From an uncultured Bacilli bacterium (GTDB lineage: Bacteria > Bacillota_I > Bacilli_A > RF39 > UBA660), in contig CANQLL010000001.1 in NCBI GenBank assembly GCA_947624705.1, forward strand, positions 1 to 60,216: DNA of 60,216 nt, written 5' to 3'. The translations under genes and the position numbers were made by a program. This document shows positions 19,166 to 27,927 of the stretch, in pieces. Every line of letters starts with the position of its first letter. Within the stretch, counting starts at the first letter, position 1. The notes beneath the pieces are model-generated. The model had not been told where the DNA came from. It saw nothing but the letters and a program-made list of their open reading frames with translations, and searched no databases.

Positions 19166-19798
19166 ATGTTAAATGATAATAATCGTCAAGAATTAATTGC
19201 TAAAATAGAAAAATATCGAGAAGCGGGTTATGATCAAAGTAAATTATTAGAAATTGAAAAAGAAATTATTTGGTTTGAAAATCCCGAATTATCTTTATAT
19301 TTTGCGAAAAATATTAAAGATAGTGATATAGCAGTTCATAAAAGTATTGTTTGCCAAAGTAAAAATGCCAATTTGATGTGGGAATTCATGCAAAAAGTCT
19401 GCTTATGTGGTGAGTATCGAAATGAGTTAGCCGCTCATATAATTGATACTAATGATGAACATTTTATTGCTTTATTATGTGAAGATGATCAAATAAGTTC
19501 TATAATAAGAGAAAATGCTATAAAATGGTTGCTTAATAATGGTCATAAATTTCACATTTATGATTATCTAATAGGAAATGGTGAGTACATTAATAGTAAT
19601 GGCGATTATATTGATAATGATAGAATTTGTACTAAAATGATTAAAAAAATTTATCAAGATTTAACTGATGCTGAAAAAGAACATTTACGTTATTTATATC
19701 CTCTTACTATGCAAGCAATTGAAAAAACGATAGAAGAAAATGAAGCATTTAATGATATACAAAAATTGGTTAAAGCGATAAAACCAATAGAAAGCTAG
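19166..19798 (+). CDS. Hypothetical protein
   Basis: 210-aa ORF with an AGGA SD. No motif recognised. Confidence 0.45.
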   Translation: MLNDNNRQELIAKIEKYREAGYDQSKLLEIEKEIIWFENPELSLYFAKNIKDSDIAVHKSIVCQSKNANLMWEFMQKVCLCGEYRNELAAHIIDTNDEHFIALLCEDDQISSIIRENAIKWLLNNGHKFHIYDYLIGNGEYINSNGDYIDNDRICTKMIKKIYQDLTDAEKEHLRYLYPLTMQAIEKTIEENEAFNDIQKLVKAIKPIES

Positions 19799-19892
19799 TT
19801 TTAAAATGGCTGTTCGAAACAAAAAACAGCTTGTAAAACAATTATTTTTATGATACTATGAATATGTCAAGGAAACTTGCATAAAATAAAAA

Positions 19893-19984
19893 GGATACAT
19901 TTGATTGGGTGAATCAGATGTTATCCCTTAATTGGGTTTCATCTGAAATCAACGGTTGTTGAAATCAGATGTTTTTGCTATTTT
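19893..19984 (+). ncRNA. Candidate antisense sRNA of module 2 (about 90 nt)
   Basis: -10-like TAAAAT (19882-19887), start near GGATACA (19893). TCAGATG (19914-19920), CATCTGA (19940-19946) and TCAGATG (19965-19971) can form alternative pairings. The terminator hairpin 19940-19953/19958-19971 plus T-tract overlaps the stop codon of the peptide ORF on the other strand. Confidence 0.45.
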
Positions 19985-20055
19985 AGAAGTAAAATAATTA
20001 CTACTAAGAATAGGAGTAATATTATAATAAATTGAGAAAATTCTCTCTTTGTCAT
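19978..20055 (-). CDS. 25-aa hydrophobic peptide MTKREFSQFIIILLLFLVVIILLLK (candidate type I toxin)
   Basis: Internal ATG at 20055 of the 73-aa track ORF, preceded by AAGGTGGTGG (20070-20061). An ungapped alignment to the 9845..9916 peptide gives identities at M1, F6, Q8, I10, I11 and L13-15. Confidence 0.5.
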   Translation of the reverse strand: MTKREFSQFIIILLLFLVVIILLLK

Positions 20056-20131
20056 AAATACCACCACCTTTCTCTTATCGTTTGATAATTGAAAGGGAAA
20101 GCATCTGATAAATTCAAATGTATCCACAAGC

Positions 20132-20160
20132 ATTATATCAAACAAATGTTTTAAAAACAA
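20132..20160 (-). promoter_or_regulatory. Extended -10 promoter of small-peptide module 2
   Basis: Minus strand TTGTTT (20160-20155), 17-nt spacer, TGATATAAT (20140-20132). Inferred start at GGATACA (20125). Confidence 0.5.
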
Positions 20161-20360
20161 TATTTTTTCTAAATTTTTTGTTGCGTTTTTATTTAACATT
20201 TAATTATCAAATTAACTTTTAAAAATAATCATTTATAATAAAATGTAACAAAAAGAAGGAGAAAAAATATCTAACATTATTCTTACTTATCAATTAAAAA
20301 CAAAACAAGCTTAAATACTAGTTAAAACTAGTATTTTTTGTTATAATCTTTAAGAAGGAT

Positions 20361-21305
20361 ATGATTACATTGAAAGATTTAAAAGTTATATTTATGGGAA
20401 CTCCTGATTTTGCTGTGCCTGTCTTAGATGTTTTAATAAAAAACACTAAGGTTATTTTAGTAGTATCACAACCGGATAAATTAGTAGGTCGTAAACAAGA
20501 ATTACAAAAAACACCAATTAAAAAATTAGCAGAAGCTAACAAAATTGAAGTATTTCAACCAATTAAAATTAGAGAAGATTATCAAAAAATTATAGATTTA
20601 AAACCGGATATAATTATTACGTGTGCTTATGGGCAAATAATTCCTAAAGCATTACTTGATTTACCTAAACTAGGTTGTATCAATGTCCATGCTTCATTAC
20701 TTCCTAAATTGCGGGGTGGAGCTCCTATCCATCATGCTTTAATTGATGGTTATCAAAAAACGGGAGTAACTATTATGTATATGGATGAGGCTATGGATAG
20801 TGGCGATATTATTGCACAAAAGGAATATGAAATAAAAAATTCTGATAATGTTGGAACCTTGCATGATAAATTATCTTTAATGGGAGCTAATCTTTTATTA
20901 GAAACAATCCCCGCTATAATTAATAAAACTAATAATAGAATTAAACAAAATAGCCAAGAAGTAACTTTTGGTTATAATATAAAAAGAGAAGAAGAACATC
21001 TTGATTTTCATAAAACTTGTCAAGAAATATATAATCAAGTACGGGGTTTAAATCCTTGGCCTTTAGCAAATATTATTATAGATGATAAAGAAATGAAAGT
21101 TATAGAGTGTACTTATGAATTAAAAGAAATTAATCAAGAAGTAGGAGTAATTTGCGAAGTATCTAAAGATAAATTAGGGATAACAGTCCAAGATGGTATA
21201 GTTTATTTAACTAAAGTTAAACCTTTTGGTAAAAAAATAATGGATATAAGTGCTTATTTAAATGGTCAAAATAAAGAGGATTTATTAAATAAAAAAATAA
21301 AGTAG
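20361..21305 (+). CDS. fmt: Methionyl-tRNA formyltransferase
   Basis: FMGTPDFAVP N-terminus, the HASLLPKLRGGAPI catalytic block and a C-terminal OB-like domain. Confidence 0.95.
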   Translation: MITLKDLKVIFMGTPDFAVPVLDVLIKNTKVILVVSQPDKLVGRKQELQKTPIKKLAEANKIEVFQPIKIREDYQKIIDLKPDIIITCAYGQIIPKALLDLPKLGCINVHASLLPKLRGGAPIHHALIDGYQKTGVTIMYMDEAMDSGDIIAQKEYEIKNSDNVGTLHDKLSLMGANLLLETIPAIINKTNNRIKQNSQEVTFGYNIKREEEHLDFHKTCQEIYNQVRGLNPWPLANIIIDDKEMKVIECTYELKEINQEVGVICEVSKDKLGITVQDGIVYLTKVKPFGKKIMDISAYLNGQNKEDLLNKKIK

Positions 21306-21314
21306 GTGAGTTAA

Positions 21315-21980
21315 GTGTTTAACAAAAAAAATAAATATAAACAAACCAATGAAGATGATACATGGTTAACTAAAACTTGGAATACTCCGCGAGGCAGAGC
21401 TAGTATTAAATTAGCTTTTTATGGTTTGTTTGTTTTAGTCATTTTCATCACTATAATATTTAGTGCTGATAAAAGACCTACAGTTTATAAATCAACTTAT
21501 AATGTTAAAACAGTATCTAAAGATTTTAATGAAAAAATAAAAGAATTAAAAGCTAATAATTATGCTTTTAATTACAACTTAAATATTGCTAGTAATCATA
21601 TTTTAATCTATGGTCAAAAAAAGTTAAATCTAGAAACTGGTTATAAAGAAAATAATCAAGGAATAATTCGATATTTAAAAGAAAATGATAAAATATATAA
21701 AATTGGTATAGATAATGAAAAAGAAGAAATGCCTGATTTATTTAGTGATATTAATAGCAATTATTTAAATATCAATTATTTATTAGAATTAATTAATAAT
21801 CAAACTCCAATTGAAGAAGATAATAAAAAGATCTATAATTTAGAAAATAATATTGCCATCGAAATTGAAAGTGATAGTCAAAATATTACTAAAATAACGA
21901 TAAAAGAAAATGAAAATACTTATGAACTTGACTTTAGTGAGATTGGGAAAATTGAAAAAATTGATTTAGAAACAAAATAG
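21315..21980 (+). CDS. Hypothetical membrane-anchored protein
   Basis: 221 aa with one TM (AFYGLFVLVIFITIIF). It occupies the slot between fmt and rlmN. Confidence 0.5.
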   Translation: MFNKKNKYKQTNEDDTWLTKTWNTPRGRASIKLAFYGLFVLVIFITIIFSADKRPTVYKSTYNVKTVSKDFNEKIKELKANNYAFNYNLNIASNHILIYGQKKLNLETGYKENNQGIIRYLKENDKIYKIGIDNEKEEMPDLFSDINSNYLNINYLLELINNQTPIEEDNKKIYNLENNIAIEIESDSQNITKITIKENENTYELDFSEIGKIEKIDLETK

Positions 21981-21987
21981 GTGATTT

Positions 21988-23010
21988 ATGGAAAATATAT
22001 TTAATAAAAGAATTGATGAGTTAGAAGATTATTTTCTAAGTATAAATGAAAAGAAATTTAAAGCTAGTCAAATTTATGATTGGTTATATAAAAAAAGAGT
22101 TTATGACTTTTCTAAAATGACTAATTTAAAAAAAGAATTAATTTTAAAATTAGAAAATGATTTTAGTAATGAATTGATAACGATTGTAAAAAAACAAAGT
22201 GATAAAGATACAGCTAAATATTTATTTAAATTAGAAGATGATAATTTTGTTGAGTCAGTTTTAATGTATCATAATTATGGAATTAGTGTTTGCGTATCTT
22301 CTCAAGTAGGTTGTAATATGGGGTGTAAATTCTGTGAAAGTGGACGTCTTAAAAAGGTTAGAGATTTACAAACTTATGAAATGGTAGAACAAATTTTATT
22401 AATTGAAGAAGATATTAAACAAAGAATTTCCTCAGTAGTTATTATGGGAATAGGTGAACCTTTTGATAATTATGATAATGTCATGAACTTTATTAAAATA
22501 ATTAATCATGATAAAGGGATTGCCATTGGGGCTAGACACATAACTGTTTCCACTTGTGGAATTATTCCCAAAATTAAACAATTAATGAATGAACCATTAC
22601 AAATAAATTTAGCTATTTCTTTGCATGCTCCGGATAATGAATTAAGAAGTAAACTTATGAAAATTAATAAAGTTTATAATATTGAACAGTTGATTGCGAC
22701 TTTAAAAGAATATATCCAAAAAACTAATAGACGAGTAACGATAGAATATGTTACACTTAAAGGTGTAAATGATAGTCATTCTCACGCTTTAAAATTAGCA
22801 AAACTTTTAAAAGGAATGAATGCTTATGTTAATTTAATTCCTTATAATGAAACTAATAATATTGGTTTTAAAAAAAGTGATAAGCAAACAATTTTAGAAT
22901 TTTATGATATACTTAAGAAGCATAATATAAATGTCACCATAAGACGGGAATTTGGTTCCAAAATAGATGCCGCTTGTGGGCAATTAAGAAGCAAAGAGGT
23001 GGATGCATGA
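21988..23010 (+). CDS. rlmN: 23S rRNA/tRNA (adenine-C2)-methyltransferase RlmN (radical SAM)
   Basis: CVSSQVGCNMGCKFCESG radical-SAM cluster, the GEPFDNYDNV block and a C-terminal CGQL. Confidence 0.95.
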   Translation: MENIFNKRIDELEDYFLSINEKKFKASQIYDWLYKKRVYDFSKMTNLKKELILKLENDFSNELITIVKKQSDKDTAKYLFKLEDDNFVESVLMYHNYGISVCVSSQVGCNMGCKFCESGRLKKVRDLQTYEMVEQILLIEEDIKQRISSVVIMGIGEPFDNYDNVMNFIKIINHDKGIAIGARHITVSTCGIIPKIKQLMNEPLQINLAISLHAPDNELRSKLMKINKVYNIEQLIATLKEYIQKTNRRVTIEYVTLKGVNDSHSHALKLAKLLKGMNAYVNLIPYNETNNIGFKKSDKQTILEFYDILKKHNINVTIRREFGSKIDAACGQLRSKEVDA

Positions 23011-23756
23011 AAACATTTTATTTAACAGATGCCGGAAGAGTGCGAGATCATAATGAAGATAGTGTAACAATTTTAAAAAATATTAGTAATGAATATTTAT
23101 TAATTGTTGCTGATGGAATGGGAGGACATCGTGCGGGAGAAGTAGCATCTTCTTTAGCCGTTACGCATTTAGGTAAACGTTTTACTGAAATTTCTTCGGT
23201 CGGTTCGAAGTTAGATGCAGTTAATTGGCTTAATGATAATATTAATGAAATTAATAAAGGAATTATTGATTATACGAAAAAATATCCCGAAACCACAGGG
23301 ATGGGAACAACTTTAGTTGTCGCTTTACTGACGCAAGATTATTTAATTTTTGGTAATATTGGCGATTCACGTGGATATGTGTTAAAAAATAATAAACTGC
23401 ATAAAGTCACTAAAGAACATACATTGGTTAATTTACTAGTAAGTACAGGAGAATTATCCGAAGAAGAAGCTGTTAATCATCCGAAGAAAAATGTTTTAAT
23501 GAAAGCTTTAGGAGCTACGGAATCATGTGAATTAGATATTTTTGATGTAGATAAAGATATTGATGGCATTATGCTATGTAGTGATGGTTTAACAAATATG
23601 TTAACTAAAGAGCAAATCGAAAGAGTTTTAACTGATGATGAATTAGATATGGAAAGTAAAGTTAAAAAGTTAATTAGAAAGAGTAATGCTAGGGGTGGCA
23701 CTGATAATATAACAATAGCTTTTTTAGAAAAAGAAAGTGAGGATACTAGTTTATGA
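23007..23756 (+). CDS. prpC: PP2C-family Ser/Thr protein phosphatase (PrpC/Stp)
   Basis: RDHNEDS, VADGMGGH, GTTL and DNITI motifs. The likely start is MKTFY at 23007, an ATGA overlap with rlmN, rather than the track start at 22974. Confidence 0.9.
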   Translation: MKTFYLTDAGRVRDHNEDSVTILKNISNEYLLIVADGMGGHRAGEVASSLAVTHLGKRFTEISSVGSKLDAVNWLNDNINEINKGIIDYTKKYPETTGMGTTLVVALLTQDYLIFGNIGDSRGYVLKNNKLHKVTKEHTLVNLLVSTGELSEEEAVNHPKKNVLMKALGATESCELDIFDVDKDIDGIMLCSDGLTNMLTKEQIERVLTDDELDMESKVKKLIRKSNARGGTDNITIAFLEKESEDTSL

Positions 23757-25525
23757 TAATGAAAGGCCAAAAGATTAATGATCGATATCAAATTATAAAA
23801 ACTATTGGTGAGGGCGGCATGGCTAATGTTTATTTAGCTTATGATACGATTTTAGATCGCAATGTTGCTGTTAAAGTTTTAAGAGGCGATTTAGCTACCG
23901 ATGAAAAGTTTGTGCGTCGTTTTCAAAGAGAAGCTTTATCAGCTAGTAGCTTATCTCATCCAAATATAGTTGAAGTTTATGATGTTGGTGAAGATAATGG
24001 ACAATATTTTATTGTCATGGAATATATTGAAGGAAAACATTTAAAACAATTACTTAAAAAAAGAGGAAATCTAACAATAACAGAAGTTATTGACATTATG
24101 TTGCAAATTACCGATGGTATTGCGGTGGCTCATGATTCTTACATCATTCATCGCGACATCAAACCGCAAAATATTATGATTTTAGAAAATGGTTTAGTCA
24201 AAATTACTGATTTTGGCATTGCCATGGCGATGAATGCTGCTCAGTTGACGCAAACTAATTCCGTTATGGGTTCCGTTCATTATTTACCACCAGAGCAAGC
24301 AAGTGGTACGGGAGCAACTTTACAAAGTGATATTTATTCCATGGGTATTTTAATGTATGAACTTTTATGTGGTCATTTGCCTTATCGCGGGGATAATGCA
24401 GTCGAAATTGCTTTAAAACATTTAAAAGAACCACTTCCATCTATTCGAGAATATCTTCCGACCTTACCTCAAAGTGTGGAAAACGTTATCTTAAAAGCGA
24501 CGGCTAAAAATCCTAAAAATCGTTATGCCGACGCGCGAGAGATGCACGAAGATTTAAAAACTGTTATGGATGACTCGCGTATTAATGAAGCACCTTATGT
24601 TTATCCTTATCCGGAGGATGATATGACTAGTGAAGAATTATCTAGTGAAATCAAAAACCCACCAAAAGAAGAGGAAGAAGAAGTAATCGCTAAGCAAATA
24701 ACTAAAGATGATTTAAAAAAGCAAAATAAATTATTAATTATATTGGGTTCAATTTTTGCCGGTTTAATTGTTATTACGACGACCATTGTTGTCTTTTTGC
24801 CGATGATAACGGGTGGCAAGGAAGTCACGGTTCCCGATGTGGCTGGGATGTCGGTTAAAAAAGCCATTAAAGAATTGCAAAATAAAGGCTTTAAAATCGC
24901 CGATGATCAAAAAGAAGTTTCCTCTGATGAAATTGATGAGGGTAAAGTAGTTAAAACTAATCCGGCCGGGGGCTCTAAAAAAGTTAAGGGAAAAGAAGTA
25001 ACTTTATATGTTTCTACTGGTAGTAGTCAAATTACAGTCGAAGATTATACTGGTCAAAATTATATTGAAGTAAAAGCTAAATTAGAAGTTCAAAATATTT
25101 ATGTTGCGATTGAAAAAAAAGATGTTGAAAATAGTGAGAATATTAGTGACACGCAAATTATTGGCCAATCGGTAGAACCTGGTAAGAAAATTTCTCAAAA
25201 AGAAACAATTACTTTATATATACCAAATATTACAACCAAATTTCCAGACTTTTCTAGAGGCTATACAGTTGAAAGTGTTCAAAAATGGTGTGATACTTAT
25301 GGCATAACTTTAAATGTCGAATATGTAGAAACAACTGATTATGCTCCAGGTACAATCTATTATCAAAGTAAAACAGTTGGTTATACCGTTTCCTCTGGTA
25401 CTAGTCTATCCATTAAGGTTGCAAAAACTAAAGAAGAAGAACAAGCCGAAACTCCAAGTGATGTTGCACCAGCCGGGGGAATAGATGGCCGAGAAACTCC
25501 AGAAATTGGTGAAGGATTAGAATAA
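23753..25525 (+). CDS. prkC: Ser/Thr protein kinase with PASTA repeats (PrkC)
   Basis: Hanks kinase motifs (GEGGMANVY, HRDIKPQN, DFGIA), one TM, and three PASTA-like repeats in the C-terminal half. Confidence 0.93.
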   Translation: MIMKGQKINDRYQIIKTIGEGGMANVYLAYDTILDRNVAVKVLRGDLATDEKFVRRFQREALSASSLSHPNIVEVYDVGEDNGQYFIVMEYIEGKHLKQLLKKRGNLTITEVIDIMLQITDGIAVAHDSYIIHRDIKPQNIMILENGLVKITDFGIAMAMNAAQLTQTNSVMGSVHYLPPEQASGTGATLQSDIYSMGILMYELLCGHLPYRGDNAVEIALKHLKEPLPSIREYLPTLPQSVENVILKATAKNPKNRYADAREMHEDLKTVMDDSRINEAPYVYPYPEDDMTSEELSSEIKNPPKEEEEEVIAKQITKDDLKKQNKLLIILGSIFAGLIVITTTIVVFLPMITGGKEVTVPDVAGMSVKKAIKELQNKGFKIADDQKEVSSDEIDEGKVVKTNPAGGSKKVKGKEVTLYVSTGSSQITVEDYTGQNYIEVKAKLEVQNIYVAIEKKDVENSENISDTQIIGQSVEPGKKISQKETITLYIPNITTKFPDFSRGYTVESVQKWCDTYGITLNVEYVETTDYAPGTIYYQSKTVGYTVSSGTSLSIKVAKTKEEEQAETPSDVAPAGGIDGRETPEIGEGLE

Positions 25526-26355
25526 TGGAAGGAAAAATAATACGAATTATTAGTAATTTATATACGGTTAAAGTTAATAATCAAGAATATGAATGTCGGG
25601 CAAGGGGTAAATTTCGTAATGAAAAAATTACCCCTTTAGTTGGGGATAATTGTTTAATTGATGCCGATAATAATTATATTTTAGAGATAAAAAAAAGAAC
25701 CAACTTCTTGACACGTCCTGCTGTTGCTAATGTTGATTATGCCGTTATTGTCACAAGTTTAAAAGAACCAGATTTATCTTTAAATTTACTTGATAAAATG
25801 ATTAGCATCATTACGTTAAATAAAATAAAACCTATCATTTGTTTTACTAAATTAGATTTAGCTAATAAAAAAGAATTAAAAGAAGTTAAAAAATTAACTA
25901 AATATTATCAAAAATTAGGTTTAATCGTTTTAAATAATCAAAAAATTAATAAATTAAAAAAAATTCTGCAAAATCAAGTGACAGTTTTTACCGGCCAAAC
26001 TGGGGCAGGTAAATCAAGTTTACTTAATAAAATGGATAAAAATCTAAATTTAAAAACTGGAGAAATTTCTCAAGCTTTAGGCCGGGGACGGCATACAACC
26101 AGACATGTGGAATTATTTTCCGTTGGTAAATGTTTTATTGTAGATACTCCTGGTTTTTCAGCTTTAGATTTTCAAGATTTTACGGATGAAGAAATTCGTA
26201 ATTCTTTTAAAGAATTTGCGAATTTCCCTTGTGAATTTAAAGATTGCAAACATTTAAAAGAACAAAATTGTCAAGTTAAAAAAGCCGTAGATCAAAATTT
26301 AATCTTAAAATCTCGTTATGAAAATTATAAAAGTTTTTTAAGTAGAAAGGACTAA
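25525..26355 (+). CDS. rsgA: Ribosome small-subunit-dependent GTPase A
   Basis: OB N-domain, circularly permuted GTPase (TKLDL, GQTGAGKSSL, DTPGF) and a C-terminal zinc-knuckle cysteine/histidine cluster. Confidence 0.92.
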   Translation: MEGKIIRIISNLYTVKVNNQEYECRARGKFRNEKITPLVGDNCLIDADNNYILEIKKRTNFLTRPAVANVDYAVIVTSLKEPDLSLNLLDKMISIITLNKIKPIICFTKLDLANKKELKEVKKLTKYYQKLGLIVLNNQKINKLKKILQNQVTVFTGQTGAGKSSLLNKMDKNLNLKTGEISQALGRGRHTTRHVELFSVGKCFIVDTPGFSALDFQDFTDEEIRNSFKEFANFPCEFKDCKHLKEQNCQVKKAVDQNLILKSRYENYKSFLSRKD

Positions 26356-26358
26356 TTA

Positions 26359-27927
26359 ATGAAAGTATCAGTATCATTTTTAAAGTCTAAAACTTCCCGA
26401 AATAATACGATTAAACAAATTGACCAAACTAATTGTGATTTTTTACATGTTGATATTATGGATGGTCAATTTGTTTTGGAAAAAACTGATAATATATATG
26501 AAGATATAAAAAATACTTCTAAAAAATTAGAAATTCATTTAATGTGTGCTAATCCTTTAGAATATATTAATAAATATCAAGATTTAAAACCTGAATATAT
26601 AACTATTCATTTTGAAATAGAAAAGAATATCGAAGAGTTAATAAATATTATTAAAAGTAAAAATATTAAAGTAGGTTTAGCTATTAACCCGGAAACTGAT
26701 GTTGAAAAGTTAAAACCTTATTTAAGAAAAATAGATCAAGTTTTAGTATTAAGTGTGCACCCTGGTAAAGGGGGACAAAAATTTATTAAAGAATCAGTTT
26801 TAAAAGTGCAAAAATTAGCAAGCTTGCGGCAAGAAGTTAATGGTAACTTTTTAATTAGTATTGACGGAGGAATAAATAATAAAACTATTAAGTTACTTAA
26901 AAATACTGGTCTTGATATGTGTGTAGCTGGTTCTTATGTATGTATGTCTAAAAATTATCAAAAAAGAATAAATCAGTTAAAGAATCAAAAATCTAATATT
27001 AGAATTTTTAGCTTGATTATAGTAATTTTTATATTCTTAATAGCATTAGCATCTTTTTTTACATATAATTTTATCAAAAAGGAAAAAATAGATAATGAAT
27101 ATAATTCTATTTTAAATAATGCTAAGGAAGTCTATGATTTAATAACAAATAATGAAAGTTATTATCAAAAAGAAAATGGGATCTTTAAAAACATTAATAT
27201 TATTTTAGATAAAAATAAAAAATGTGAAAGTGATGAAAAAAATATTTGCTTAGATAAAAATTATAGTTTATTTAGTAAACTTAATACTATATATGCCAAT
27301 ATAAATAATGACGGAAAAATATTATTGTTAATAAATTATGGTAATTTTGGTTGTTATAATAAAGATACGGAAATGGTTTGTAAAAATAAAATAAAGCAAA
27401 ATGAAATTTATAATGAATATGAAAAATATCCCAAATATCAAACAGGTGATTATGTCCAATTAATGGATAATACTTATTGGTATGTAATAAATGATAGTTT
27501 TAAAGCTGATCCTTACATCACTTTATTAAAAGCCGAAACTATTGGCCAAAAAGCTTTTGATACAACAGGAATAGATGAATATAATCCTACTTTATCTACT
27601 AATATTGGTAATTACTTAGAAAATGAATATAAAAACTCTTTGAATTATAAAAATTTAAAATATGTTAGTTTACTAACATATGAAGATGCAAATAATTTAA
27701 CTTCAATTCTTGGTGATAATTGGGCAAATGAAATATTAACAAAAATATGGTTAAAAGATTTTAAGAATAAAGAAGGTACTTTAAAAATTATTTTAAAATA
27801 TGAAAATAATAATGGTAATAGACTTGTTAATATGCCTGATGTAAATGCTATGGATTTGTATGAAGTTAAACCAGTTATTACTATTTCTAAAGATAATATA
27901 AAGGAGATAAATATTAATGAAAAATAA
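26359..27927 (+). CDS. rpe: Ribulose-phosphate 3-epimerase fused to a TM segment and a ~280-aa C-terminal domain of unknown function
   Basis: Residues 1-215 carry Rpe blocks (HVDIMDGQFV, HLM, IHFE, VLSVHPGKGGQKF, IDGGIN). A TM segment follows (IRIFSLIIVIFIFLIALASFF), then an Asn/Tyr-rich domain. Confidence 0.75.
   Translation: MKVSVSFLKSKTSRNNTIKQIDQTNCDFLHVDIMDGQFVLEKTDNIYEDIKNTSKKLEIHLMCANPLEYINKYQDLKPEYITIHFEIEKNIEELINIIKSKNIKVGLAINPETDVEKLKPYLRKIDQVLVLSVHPGKGGQKFIKESVLKVQKLASLRQEVNGNFLISIDGGINNKTIKLLKNTGLDMCVAGSYVCMSKNYQKRINQLKNQKSNIRIFSLIIVIFIFLIALASFFTYNFIKKEKIDNEYNSILNNAKEVYDLITNNESYYQKENGIFKNINIILDKNKKCESDEKNICLDKNYSLFSKLNTIYANINNDGKILLLINYGNFGCYNKDTEMVCKNKIKQNEIYNEYEKYPKYQTGDYVQLMDNTYWYVINDSFKADPYITLLKAETIGQKAFDTTGIDEYNPTLSTNIGNYLENEYKNSLNYKNLKYVSLLTYEDANNLTSILGDNWANEILTKIWLKDFKNKEGTLKIILKYENNNGNRLVNMPDVNAMDLYEVKPVITISKDNIKEININEK

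Noticed and set aside
19978-20199. 73-aa minus-strand track ORF as a real protein.
   Set aside because: The only convincing SD (AAGGTGGTGG) precedes the internal ATG at 20055, and the inferred promoter and start site (20125) lie inside the long ORF. Only the last 25 codons are likely to be translated.
22974-23006. Track start of the PP2C phosphatase at 22974, overlapping rlmN by 37 nt.
   Set aside because: Homologues start at M-K-x-x with the RDHNEDS motif about 12 residues in. ATG 23007 gives the usual ATGA coupling with the rlmN stop.
23477-23791. Antisense or alternate-frame track ORFs inside long genes. Others: 6532..6756, 6736..6933, 7351..7533, 8548..8736, 13110..13337, 16322..16528, 20318..20542, 24607..24867, 27793..27984, 30986..31174, 32140..32364, 36327..36524, 38160..38489, 39724..39933, 39774..40013, 46895..47110, 47603..47788, 54323..54523, 55107..55406, 55148..55348 and 58047..58256.
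   Set aside because: All are embedded in, or overlap, much longer ORFs with clear family motifs. They lack SD sequences and have the Ser/Phe/Ile-rich composition expected from antisense reading of AT-rich genes.
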